Assembly (NCBI GenBank): GCA_964187785.1 | Contig: OZ076409.1 | Coordinates: 29,514,001 to 29,574,000 of the forward strand | Length of the DNA: 60,000 nucleotides | Source of the DNA: Amphiscolops sp. MND2022 | Taxonomy: Eukaryota | Reading direction: 5' to 3' | Shown here: positions 26,001 through 36,381 of the stretch, piece after piece | Numbering within the stretch: position 1 is the first letter of the stretch | Layout: each line of letters begins with the position of its first letter | Program-made: the position numbers and the translations under genes | Notes under the pieces: model-generated | Told to the model about the DNA's origin: nothing | Database searches by the model: none | What the model saw: only the letters and a program-made list of their open reading frames with translations

Positions 26001-29000
26001 GCAAATCCAAATTGGCGCGCGGTCCATTTACGCGCGCAACTTTTTGGCTAGGTGGGCGGGGAAATTTCACCCCGTTTGTATTCGGCCGACGGGTAGGGTC
26101 CTGGCGGCCGACGATCCGCCTTAAGCTAGCGGTATGTAGCAGAAATTGCAAAAAAAAGACCTAAAATTTAATCTAACCATTAGAATTTGCTCAAAATTTG
26201 CATGCGGCCCTCAAATCCTATTGCAAGACGAAGTTCCTGCTGACGCTAAGCGTTCTATAAATTTTATAAAAAGTTATGGCCAATTTTTTGTTCAAAATTT
26301 CAATAATTTTGGGAAATTTCTAATTTTTCACCTAATATCTCGAAATGTGTTAATTTTTGGACTTTGACTGTGAAACAAGCTTGGAACCTTCATTTCGTGG
26401 CTGTGGCATTGCATTGAACACAAAAGATGTAAAGTTTTTACATTTTTCGAAAATTCGAGATTTTTGAATTTTTTTTCACTACTATCAGTACCCCATATGT
26501 CAAAAACACATCAGAAAAAAATTTTTATTTGCTTTAAATTGGAAACCTTGGTATCCATGGTTTCTGTCGGAACCTACTCGCTGCCAAACACCCAACAGTT
26601 TGCATCCAGTGTGAATTTAAAATTTTTTTCGAGGTCTTAGGTGTTTCACAAGGATTTCTCAACATGATTTTAATTTACAAATTGGTCATTTTGAACACAA
26701 TATTTTCATCGAGGCTTGTCGGCTATAGTCTTAATGTTATAGAACGGTCCCACTGGCAACGTAGGAACCATTTATAGTAATAGAAAATTTTAAAAAAATT
26801 TTTTCACCCGGTCTTCAGTCATTTTTCAGTCATTCGGAACTTAACTTAGAAAATTTTCGTCTCGAATACCCATTTTTGGTGAAGTCGAAATTTGAATTTC
26901 AGCACTTGAAGCAAAATTTTTTACTCTGACGTAACCAGTGGGGCTAATGATACTCAACAACACCGTTGGGACTGATACCAGTGGCTCCAATAACATATGA
27001 GTCGGGATAAGACGTTATTCAGAGCAAAACCTCTAAATCGGAGTAAACATCTCGGAAGCCTGGGATCACAGTGAAATGTGGGATCAACAAAAGTTTACAT
27101 ATTTTTGTCAATTACTATGTACACAGAGTGCATAGGATGAGTTTCAGCACTATAATGAGGTTTTTGAAGTAATCGGCCTGCTCAAAGGGGTGTATGAGAC
27201 ATTTTTTTCCCATATAGTACTGTATTTTCCAAAATTTTTAGCCCATTATCTCAAAAACCTAACTTCGCAAAATGCTTTCAATTACTTTATTCTAAGGTTA
27301 GAATATGAATGAACACTGTGGTTGATCAGAACCTCTCATTTTTTGTTTTCCGAAATAATACCTTCGCATGGGTTACATTTATGGCAGAAAAGAAAGCAGA
27401 AGATAAAAAAAATACGCAATTTTGCTAAGATAGAAACGCAATGATTGTGCCTAAATACCCTTTAAAAACTTCTAACGCAACCTTATGGATCCAATATGAT
27501 TGGAAATACCGTTCACAGTCCTCACATGTACTCTTTCTACAATCCAGACTGCACTTTTTGTGAAAATTTTACATGTAGCTTTAAACTGAATCTTGTGATA
27601 GCCTTTTAAGTTGGCCTTGTGTCAACTTGGGAAGGCTATCACCACAAAAAACTAAAAACAAAATTACCATTTGTTAATTTGATTTTGCTGTCGATGCCTA
27701 TTTTCGTAATTCGATCCTATCGTTAGATCCTTCCATCAGGTCAGCTAACGATTGCTTTCAGTGTTTGATAAGAATGTATGAACATGAAGAAAATTCTCTT
27801 TTTTTTGTTTACAAAAAATGAAAACAAATAATTAAAAAAACCTAATTGGAATAATTGAAACCACTAGGAAGTATAACGTCTATCTTTTTGACCGTTATCA
27901 TCCCCAGCCATCCCCAACGCCCTCGCAATGTATGTCCATATTACAACGCCGCGTCACATAACGTTCCGACGCCCATAGTCTGTGGGCATGCCGAGGCATG
28001 CCCTTCGACGACGTATGCCAAATGAGCCTTTCCCGCACTCTGGAGTGCGGTAGCGGCTAGGTGGGCGGGGATTTCACCCCAAAAAAAACTAGAGCGGCGG
28101 GTAGGGTCCTGCCGCGAACTCCCAAAACAGCTATCGCTTATAAGAAAAAGCACCCCCTCAACAGCCGATTTTAAAATCTAACCGTACGATTCTTCTCATT
28201 TTTTGCATGCGGCCCTAATTTTCCCATACGAGACGAAGTTCCTGCTGACGTTAAGCCCTAAAAACATTATAAAAAAAGTTATGGCCAATTTTTGGTCCCC
28301 ATTAGATGTAAAAATCATGAAATTTTTCATAAAAGGGCAAATATCTCTAAATGCAATAATTTTTCGATTTTGACTGTGAAACAAGCTCGGAACCTTCATT
28401 TCGTGACCGTGGCAATGCACTAAGCACAAAAGACGTAAACTTTTAACATTTTTTGAAAATTCGACAAACTCGATTTTTTTTTTCACTACTATCAGTACCT
28501 CATATGTCAAAAACACCTCTGAAAAAGTTTTTTATTTGCTTTAAATTGGAAACCTTGGTATTCATGGTTTCTGATGGAACCTACTCGCTTCCACAGACTC
28601 AACAGTGAGCATCAATTGTGAAATTAAATTTTTTTTCGATGTCATAAGTGTTTCACAAGGTTTTCATAACTTAGTAATATATTACAAATTGATCATTTTC
28701 AACATAATATTTTTGTCGAGACATGTCGGATATAGTCTAAATGCTCACGAACGGTCCTACTGGCAACGTAGGAACCATTTATATTAAAAAAAGTATTTTA
28801 AAAAATTTTTCACCTGGTCTTCAGTCATTTTTCAGACATTCGGAACTTAACTTAGAAAATTTTCGTTTCAAATACCCAATTTTGGTAAAGTCGAAATTTG
28901 AAATTCAGCTTTTGAAGCTAAATTATTTACTCTGACGTAACCAGTGGGGCTAATGATACTCAACAACACAGTTGAGACTGTTACCAGTGGCTCCAATGAC

Positions 29001-30034
29001 ATATGAACCGCGATAAGACGTTATTCAGAGCAAAACCCAAACATCGAAGTAAACATCTCGGAAGCCTGGGATCACAAGGAGAAGTGATTACCTCAAAAAA
29101 TTACTATTTTTTGTCAATTACTATGTACACAGTATGCGTTGGGCAAGTTTCATTACTAACATGAGGGTTTTGAAGAAATTCGGTTGCTCAAGGGGTGGTA
29201 TGGGACACAATTCTCTCATATACAACTAATTTTCCACAAACTTTTGGAGTATTATCTCTAAACGATAACTTAACTAAACTCTTTTTCATACCTATTTCAG
29301 TTATTAGGATATAGATGAACCCTGTTGTTGATAAGAAACCCTCAAATGTTATGTTTTTAAAAAAATTACCTTCGCATGTGTTACATTTGTAGCATGACAA
29401 AAAGCAGACGTCTAAAAATACGCAATTTTACAAAGATAGGATTGCGATTATTGTACCCAAAAAATTTTAACTGCTTCTAACGCCCTCTTACGTACTCAAA
29501 ATGATTGAAAAAAACCGTTTACAATGCGCACATTAACTTTTTCTACGTTCCAGGATGCACAACTTTAGCACATTTTACATGTAGCTGTTAACTGATTCTT
29601 GTGATAGACTTTCAAGTTGGCCTTGTGTCAACTTGGCAAGGCTATCACCACCAAAAACTATGAACAAAATTACTTCTCGTTTATAAGACAATGCTGTTGA
29701 TGATTAACTTCGTGATTATATCCCACCGTTAGTACCATCCAGCAGGTCAGATAACAATTGCATTCAGTCTTCGATGAAAACCTATGAAATCAAAAACATT
29801 TTTTATCGTTTTTTTTCTAAAAGTAGAATTTTATTTTATTACCAACTTAAATAACTCTAACTTTCACATTCGTTACCGTTATCAGCCACACCAATCGCGT
29901 GCAGCCTCGCAGTGTTAGTAGTACTACGCCACATAGCGTTCCGACGCCCACCGTCTGTGGGCATGCCGAGGCATGCCCTTCGACGACGTATGGCAAATTC
30001 GCCCCTGCGAGGTCACTACCGCGGTAGCAGCTAG
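14097..30034 (+). repeat. Head-to-tail array of eight ~2-kb non-coding Helitron/HUH-like units joined at CTAG
   Basis: CTAG junctions at 14098, 16071, 18080, 20056, 22050, 24057, 26048, 28057, 30031; unit lengths 1973, 2009, 1976, 1994, 2007, 1991, 2009, 1974. Array starts A|TCTAGGTG and ends hairpin-GCTAG|T. Every unit carries the same hairpin set. Confidence 0.9.
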
Positions 30035-30356
30035 TTGGATTTTGACGTTATATCCGAACTATATTGCGTTTTTCTAAGGAGGAGGCGGAGGTCCGAAAAC
30101 AGTTTTTCATGAAAACGTCCTACGCGACATTTCAAATCTGCGCTTTTTGAGCCTTACATATAGCACCGACTTTAGACGTTCCCGTCTTGTTTAAAATATA
30201 AAGTCGCGTTCTCCGGATTCTGAAAACATCCATCCCATAATCATAGTTTCCATTGATGTTATGAGATTTAGTTTGCTTAGTTAACTTTCAATTTTTGAGC
30301 TTTCAATTCGTGACTTCTACTGATATACCGGAATAATCCTGTGACAACATATTTAC

Positions 30357-30680
30357 CCAATGCTTCTTTGCGATCCGTGTTGTTTTCCATGACAGATGCT
30401 ATTGTATATAATATTTCGCAGCATATGTCCAGAGATATGAAAGACTCAGGTGGCAGGCTCGTTGTTTTGGGCTCGAACTCGTGAACACGAATTTTATCGA
30501 ATTCGTCTGTGAGTTTGGTCAGCTCAGCCAGATACTTCTCCATCAAACCGTTTTCGAGCAGGGTTTCTGCTACCCACTCATTGTCAGATGCTAGAATCTT
30601 TCCCAGTAGTCGCATTACGTATTTGGTCTGTGCTAACTTAGTTCCTCTGCCCCCGGTTGCGTATACACTGTTGCCATGGC
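30357..30680 (-). CDS. CFAP69: CFAP69 exon 5
   Basis: tttttag|GC ... TTGG|gtaaat; GHGNSVYATGGRG...DRKEALG, splicing in frame to exon 6 (RKEALG-QEGV). Confidence 0.85.
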
Positions 30681-30896
30681 CTAAAAAGAATGGGGCTATC
30701 ATCAAAACGAGATGTTGCTTTTACCGAAAGTAAATGTTTCCGATTTAACCAACAATAATTTCAAATTGAACTGAAATATTTCATGCTAAGCAAAAAGCTG
30801 TTTTCAATCGTTTAGTTTTCAATCAATTTAGGTTTCAAGAATCCCCTTGAACGCCCTTGTTGTGAATCAATTGAATTTGAACATGAAATATGATAC

Positions 30897-31366
30897 CTTT
30901 AAATTCCTGGTCTGTAGCCAGACACCAGTTCAAGAATTTGGATAGTCTCCCAATAACTTCCTGGGTTGTTAAATCTTCCATGAATAATGGTGCTAGCACC
31001 GGCAGAGACGCAAGACATTGGAGTTGGATTTCCTCGAACTGTGAAGAGAGCCATGTTGCATGAATCTCTGGAACCGGTGCCACATAATGCAACATGGCAT
31101 CCATGACTCTATACTCCCTGATTAACGGGATCACAGATTTGTTTTCTGAGAGGTTGATGATGACAGCCAATAGCATTCGCTTAAACTCGAAATCTTCTTC
31201 ACTGTCGGAGAACTTCAAGGTTTTTGTCAGAGGTGAAAGGCTTCCGACCTCAGAGAAAGTGAACAGCGACACGATGCTCGTGGCGAACCCGACTTCTATG
31301 AACGGTGAATTTGGGTCCGTTTTTGCAATCAAGTTGGTTATGGCAAGTAGATCGTTCCTAACGGTT
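30897..31366 (-). CDS. CFAP69: CFAP69 exon 4
   Basis: ttttag|A ... AAAG|gtatc; RTVRNDLLAI...EEDFEFKRML...QFEEIQLQCL. Confidence 0.88.
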
Positions 31367-31680
31367 CTAAAAATATCAAAGTTTGTCATTTTTGGTTACA
31401 GTACTGTGTTCCAAGTAGTTTGGAAATGACTATTTTGCAAAGTGTCTATTATCTCTATTAGTCCCGACATCGATGAACATGTTGGTAAATGGGCGTCAAG
31501 TTGACCCTACACTAAATTGGGCCAGTTATCAAACAGGTGACCTTTTCCTGGAGATGTCACATTCATCGGTGTTGTTTTCAGTTGCTCTCTATTAGTTTCA
31601 GTCGCACTATTGTCTCTCTTATCTCTATTTCTGAAGATTCAGTGAGTGTGTAGAGAGAAATGCTTGCCTGAATGTTCTAT

Positions 31681-32073
31681 TTTTAGTCGGCGCATTTTAT
31701 CAAAATGAGCCCGACTATTACAGTGGCAAGTTTTTTTTCGTCAGACCACAGAATGTATGCGTAGTGGACACTTTTTCTACAGAACTACTAAACTACTGGA
31801 CCGGCAAGCGGAAACGCATCCAAGTTAGTGCAAAGGGTCCCCCCTTTCGTGTACTCAATTTTTAACGTAAGATACAAAACCGGACGGGACTACAGGGTCC
31901 TCCTTTGACTTTTTTTCGAAATTTTCGTCGCCAAAGGGTCCCTCGTCAAGTTTTTTGGTATTTTGCAACAAACTGGATTTGAAAAAGTCTAAAGCCCCCC
32001 TTTTACAATTTTAAAAAACTTTGCGCCTTTTGAGCCTTAGATATAGCGCCGACTTTAGACGTTCCCGTCTTGT
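31681..32073 (+). mobile_element. HINE (AGTCGGCGC family), complete short copy in CFAP69 intron 3
   Basis: TTTTAGTCGGCGC...CCGACT at the 5' end; GCGCCGACTTTAGACGTTCCCGTCTTGT at the 3' end. Confidence 0.75.
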
Positions 32074-32135
32074 TATTAGCCTGCATTTCTTAGCCCTGGA
32101 ATCTCTCGAAAGTAGTGTTTGATCGATATTCATAC

Positions 32136-32401
32136 CTGTGGTGGTGGCTGTACGTTTTAGGCACCTCTCCTAGAAACGTTTTGTGGAGTGCTTTCAAGCA
32201 AGAGCGGTTGCAGAGCTGTTGCACGACCTCTTCCCTGTCTCCATATTCGAGCAGGTTCCACAAGATTTCAGTAGCTAAGTAGAGTCCCTTGTCAACACTG
32301 TCTTCTACTGTGGGCAGTTGTTTGCAGATGATGTAGGCTCCTGTGCACTGGACTACTAGGTCACAGTTAATCGATGAGCTCGTTGTCATGTGGCGGAGCA
32401 A
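32136..32401 (-). CDS. CFAP69: CFAP69 exon 3
   Basis: tttcag|TTG ... CACAG|gtatg; LLRHMTTSSSINC...LATEILWNLLE. Confidence 0.88.
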
Positions 32402-32550
32402 CTGAAATAGTTCAGTGTATTTTAAGGAGTGTTAATTTTTATGGGCTATGACAGTTTCGAAATATATTCAGAGCTCGGATATTCAGTTTTTATTCGTTCT
32501 GTACTTAACATGATAAACTGTTTACGGCTCGCTTGCTTAACTGGTCTCAC

Positions 32551-32858
32551 TTGGAATAGAATGTTGATCACAGCGGCTGACTCGAAGAGAGCCAGCGCCC
32601 TCACTAAGGTATCGGCAACTTGACTCTCTTCAAACACGTATCTGGTGTACTCAACTGGCACCCTTCGACGGGATTCGTCTGCCTCTGTCGCCTTTTTGGA
32701 TGGTTTGCACACAGGAGCGTAGGTACCTAGAAATACTTCCAACAATGTGTTGCAAATTTGCAATCTCAAGTCTTCGTGGTCCAAACGTAGCAGGAAAGCG
32801 ATCTGAGCGTATGCGTCTTTGAGTACCTCCAGATATGCCACGTCATCTGATAGTTTTT
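32551..32858 (-). CDS. CFAP69: CFAP69 exon 2
   Basis: ttccag|AA ... CAA|gtgag; EKLSDDVAYLE...LRLQICNTL...ADTLVRALALFE. Confidence 0.88.
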
Positions 32859-33025
32859 CTGGAACAAAAACTAAATGGAATGATGACTTCTTTTTAATCG
32901 GCTGTATCCATAAAACTAATGAGAGATCAGAAACTCTCGAATTGTTTTTTGTTCATATTGTTTGCAAAATTTTTGTGGCATAAATGTGCTGCTTTCACGT
33001 ACAAATGAAAGAATTTTTCACTCAC

Positions 33026-33431
33026 CCTTTATAAATGGTTTCTTTACGATGTTGATCAGTTCAATCATTGGTTTGAAGTACTTTTTATCCACCATGCATT
33101 TTTCGGAGCACGAGTTCAAAATAGTGAGAATGTCGACCAAGTCTCGTAGATAGAACCCATCTTCATACTGTACCACTATCTTGTGCATTATATGCATGTG
33201 TCTCTTGATCATGTCCTTAGAGTGAGGATCAGTCATCAAGGTCACCGCGTGTGAGATTCTGACCGGGTCAAAGTTGGAGGGCATCTCGTTTATGGGAATT
33301 GTGTCTGGCAGCACGTGTCGCATGACTGGGGCCACGCCCTTCTGCGTTTTTTCGCCATCTTGTGCTTCTTTTTGTTCTTGATTGTGATGGAACACTTCAG
33401 TGCTTTGGAAGTTACTGTTGGCCACCGCCAT
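33026..33431 (-). CDS. CFAP69: CFAP69 exon 1 (first coding exon)
   Basis: ATG at 33431; ...YEDGFYLRDLVDILTILNSC...KKPFIK G|gtgag. Confidence 0.85.
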
Positions 33432-34129
33432 CGGTTGTGTTAATTTAAAATTGAAAAAGTATGTGGTAAATTTTGTCCAGAAAGTAAAAGTGTAGTTTTA
33501 TATTATACGGGGCGCTCCATTTTTGCACGAATATAATCAGCTGTTCAATATAAATTGAAGAGACCGTGTTGGTTGGTACACGTGCAAAATTATGTTTAAG
33601 CGTACTGGCGGTAAAATTGGTCTCTTTTCTATGCTCTACGTCAGCTAAGCACCGTTCGTAGAGTGCAAGAAATTTCAGAGTGGTGTTTACTACACAATCC
33701 ATCAAATGTTAATCAAAAGACAAGTGAAGTCGAGTTTTCATGCATGATTTTCTATCAAGAAAATTTAGAAATTGACACCCGAACTGGAACCTGAGCCTAA
33801 ATCAGCTTTCCTTTACATACGTGTTATTTCTGAATTGAAATATCGGTTTTCCTAGAACTGTCATAGCAAAAAAATATTTACATATGCGTTTATGGCTTCA
33901 CAAGTTTGAATTTTTGCGTGACCAAACGGGATTACCAAAACTCCGGAATAAACACAATTAGTTTGGCATCTTTTGAACTTTGTTCCATGCTGATTCAACC
34001 CTTCGATAAATACCGGAAAAATTGCCCGCAATCTTCTGGATATCAAAAGTTCCAGAAGTCTTTCTGCCCTCGGAAGCCCATGATATGTATCGTTGTGAAT
34101 AGTCCCTTGCACTTCAGTTATTCTTTGTA

Positions 34130-34288
34130 CACTCAACTCCGCTAATAACGATTGCCCGGGACCTGGCGTTTTTTAATCGTTATATCCGAATATCGTTATA
34201 GGCGAAAACCGTTATATACTAGCATCGTTACGGGGACCGTGAAATTCTATCGCTATACCCGGAATATCGTTATAAGCGGAGTTGAGTG
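34130..34288. mobile_element. Tc1/mariner-like MITE with TA duplication
   Basis: TA|CACTCAACTCCGCTAATAACGAT ... ATCGTTATAAGCGGAGTTGAGTG|TA. Confidence 0.75.
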
Positions 34289-34312
34289 TATTTATGTACA
34301 TATGATCAAATG

Positions 34313-35499
34313 TTCTAGTCGGCGCTTGTTGTGAAGCAAAAATGGCCGACTCTTACAGTGACCCTTTTTAGTCGGCGCTTTTCTAGTGAAGAATGGCCGA
34401 ATATTACAGTGGCTAGTTTTTTCGTCAGACCACAGACCTCACTTCTGCATGTACCACTTTTTGTGCACTGTGCACTTTTACCACATACTTAGTACTTGAT
34501 TTTGAACGCGTCCAAAGCCTCTAAAAAACCATTCCAAAGCCGAAGGGTCCCCTTTCCTATTTTTTCGGCACTATGAGACTTTCCCCGCCCTTTTCGGCTC
34601 TGAGACTTTTTTCGAAAAATTTTTGTCGCCAAAGGGTCCCCTTCAATTGTTTTGATATTTTGCAACTGAATGGATGTTGAAAAAGCCCAAAGGGTCCCCC
34701 TTTCACATTTTCGGCACTACGAGACTGTTCAAATGTCTCATTTTCACTTTTTTTGAAAATTTTTGAATATCTTCAAACGGTCCCCCTTCAATTTTTTAGG
34801 AGTCGGAAAAAAAGTTTTGACCACTTATGCAATCGTATCGTTTTTTTTCTCCCGACCTTTCAATGAAAATTTCAAATTTCTCGAAAAGTGTCCATGCGAC
34901 TTTCATAGAATTTTACACAGTCATTCTACACCTGAAGGGGCTCCTGCGTGCGCAATGGCATCAAAATCGTATGACTAGGATGTGAGAAACAGAGTCAAAT
35001 TTAGCCCAAAACTGGCCAAAAACAGCCATTTTTCGACTTTTTTCGATTTTCTCAAAAACTCTCCTACGATTCGAACAAAATTTTCTACAATCATTTTCCA
35101 CCATATTAGAGTCCTATTTGTGCAATGGCATCAAATCGTATGGCTGAGATGTGAGAAACAGCCAAAATTAACCCAAAAATGGCCAAAAAACTGCCATTTT
35201 TGGATTTTTTCAATTTTCGCAAAAACTCCATACGATTCGAACGAAATTTTCTACAGTCATTCTACACCATATTATGGTCCTATGTGTGCAAGTGCATCAA
35301 AATCATATGACTGGGATTGGAGCTAGTCAGAAAAAAAAAGACCTAAGCCGACTCCTTTACCGCATATGCGGCTGTGGTTCGATATCTGGCACCAAACTGG
35401 ATTTTCAAAAAGTCCAAAGGGTCCGCCCTTTTACAGTTCTAGAAAATTTTCGCTTTTTAAGCCTTAGATATAGTGCCTACTTTAGACGTTCCCGTCTTG
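34313..35499 (+). mobile_element. HINE (AGTCGGCGC family, duplicated 5' end) with a nested second HINE family at ~34797-35378
   Basis: AGTCGGCGC at 34317 and 34370; 3' end GTGCCTACTTTAGACGTTCCCGTCTTGT. Nested element: AGGAGTCGG ... CCGACTCCT plus CCGCATATGCGG stem-loop, with internal ~180-bp repeats. Confidence 0.65.
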
Positions 35500-35593
35500 T
35501 TTTTTTTCAGATTAGGTGATGTTTTTATAATTCTACCATGTAATTCAATTTCCGAGAAATTTTGCTGCAGATACTCAGGTAACTCTGGAGGAG

Positions 35594-35682
35594 ATGGACT
35601 TCATAAAGAGCCCCAAATCAGCCATTGTCGTCATTCCCAAAGTTTCCAATAAGTTATTGTTGTCTATTCAAGATATACGGAG
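35594..35682 (+). CDS. 2H phosphoesterase / 2'-5' RNA ligase-like (LigT/LENG9-like) gene, exon 1
   Basis: MDFIKSPKSAIVVIPK...IQDIRR|gtgag, typical of the family N-terminus (SA.V.IP...IQ.IR). Confidence 0.75.
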
Positions 35683-36113
35683 GTGAGCTATTTTTCATTG
35701 CATTGGATTTCAGCAAATCGATTGTTAATTAAGCATGAATTGATAGCTTGTGAAATTGTTCACCAAAAGATCAGGTTGATTGATTTAGAAGCTGTTAATT
35801 GAGTGCAACAATTTGATTTTGCTCAAATAACAAATTGAGGTGAAGTTTCATGTGGAGGTTATCAAACCCCTGATATCATAGAGCCAGTGGAAGAAAGCGA
35901 GAAATGAAAAATTTTCGAATTTTTCCATTAGTTCCATTCCAAAATAGTTTTTAGAATAAAGTTGTCATTTCATTGTTCTTTGGACCTGTTAGAAAAAGAG
36001 TTTGTGTGAAATGACTTGCTTCTTTCTACTCAGATCATTTTTTCTTCTCCTTTTTCAACTCCTTTTTCAATAAGTAGATATTTAAAGGCCTATGCATGTT
36101 TTCTGTACTTTAG

Positions 36114-36381
36114 GGAAAACGATAAAGCTTATGAAAGATGGATGCCACATGTCAATCTCATTTTTCCTTTCATAGAAAGGCCCAACGATGATTTTGGACA
36201 GGAAGTTGCTATGATCAGAAAGTCTTTCGAAGAATGCAATGTGAGAAGGTTTCAAATGAAATTCTGCGACCAATCTGTTGGTTTCTTCGAAATGAAGAAA
36301 AATTTTACTATATGGTTGAAGCCCTTGCCTTTATCCGTGCCAGAGATGATGTCTTCTACTGTAGCTGTACCGGAGACTATT
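36114..36381 (+). CDS. 2H phosphoesterase gene, exon 2
   Basis: tttag|G; ENDKAYERWMPHVNLIFPF (first catalytic Hx[TSN] motif) ... TIWLKP; donor ATT|gtgag. Confidence 0.8.

Larger units (their letters stand above)
13391..30190 (+). mobile_element. HINE (AGTCGGCGC family) split by a 16.4-kb insertion; halves at ~13391-13658 and 30041-30190
   Basis: 5' end TTTTAGTCGGCTC at 13391; 3' end GCACCGACTTTAGACGTTCCCGTCTTGT at ~30163-30190; 9-bp direct repeat TTTGACGTT at 13650-13658 and 30041-30049. Confidence 0.6.
8932..33431 (-). other. CFAP69: CFAP69 gene span, 8 coding exons, ~982 aa; join(33431-33026, 32858-32551, 32401-32136, 31366-30897, 30680-30357, 11896-11552, 11486-11178, 9452-8932)
   Basis: All introns GT-AG with matching phases; total CDS 2949 nt (983 codons). 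Recognisable CFAP69 motifs: GFYLRDL..IL, KPFIKEKLSDD, ATEILWNLLE, RNDLLAI, EEDFEFK, QFEEIQLQCL, GHGNSVYATGGRG, GLGY..L, YFLEQEGVFLLLDLL, DFQVSEVWKEI. Confidence 0.9.

Noticed and set aside
15869..29400. Short ORFs recurring in array units (MQKKDLKFNL..., MQFLLHTASL..., etc.)
   Set aside because: Mostly under 110 aa (one of 137 aa), not kept between divergent units and without recognisable domains; they recur only because the DNA is repeated.
14097..30034. CRISPR array (constant palindromic repeat plus variable segment)
   Set aside because: The period is ~2 kb, inter-repeat DNA is homologous between units, there are no cas genes, and the context is a eukaryotic intron.
14097..30034. 5S rRNA, snRNA, SL RNA or histone gene array
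   Set aside because: No recognisable 5S, U snRNA or histone sequence by eye on either strand; an Rfam search would be needed to exclude a divergent ncRNA.
30277..30356. ORF extension KYVVTGLF...LKVN as part of CFAP69 exon 5
   Set aside because: The donor G|gtaaat at 30356 gives the phase-1 join RKEALG-QEGV matching CFAP69; the extension is intronic read-through.
33841..33872. RFX X-box upstream of the ciliary gene
   Set aside because: CTGTCATAGCAAA only partly matches GTNRCCN(0-3)RGYAAC; too weak to call.
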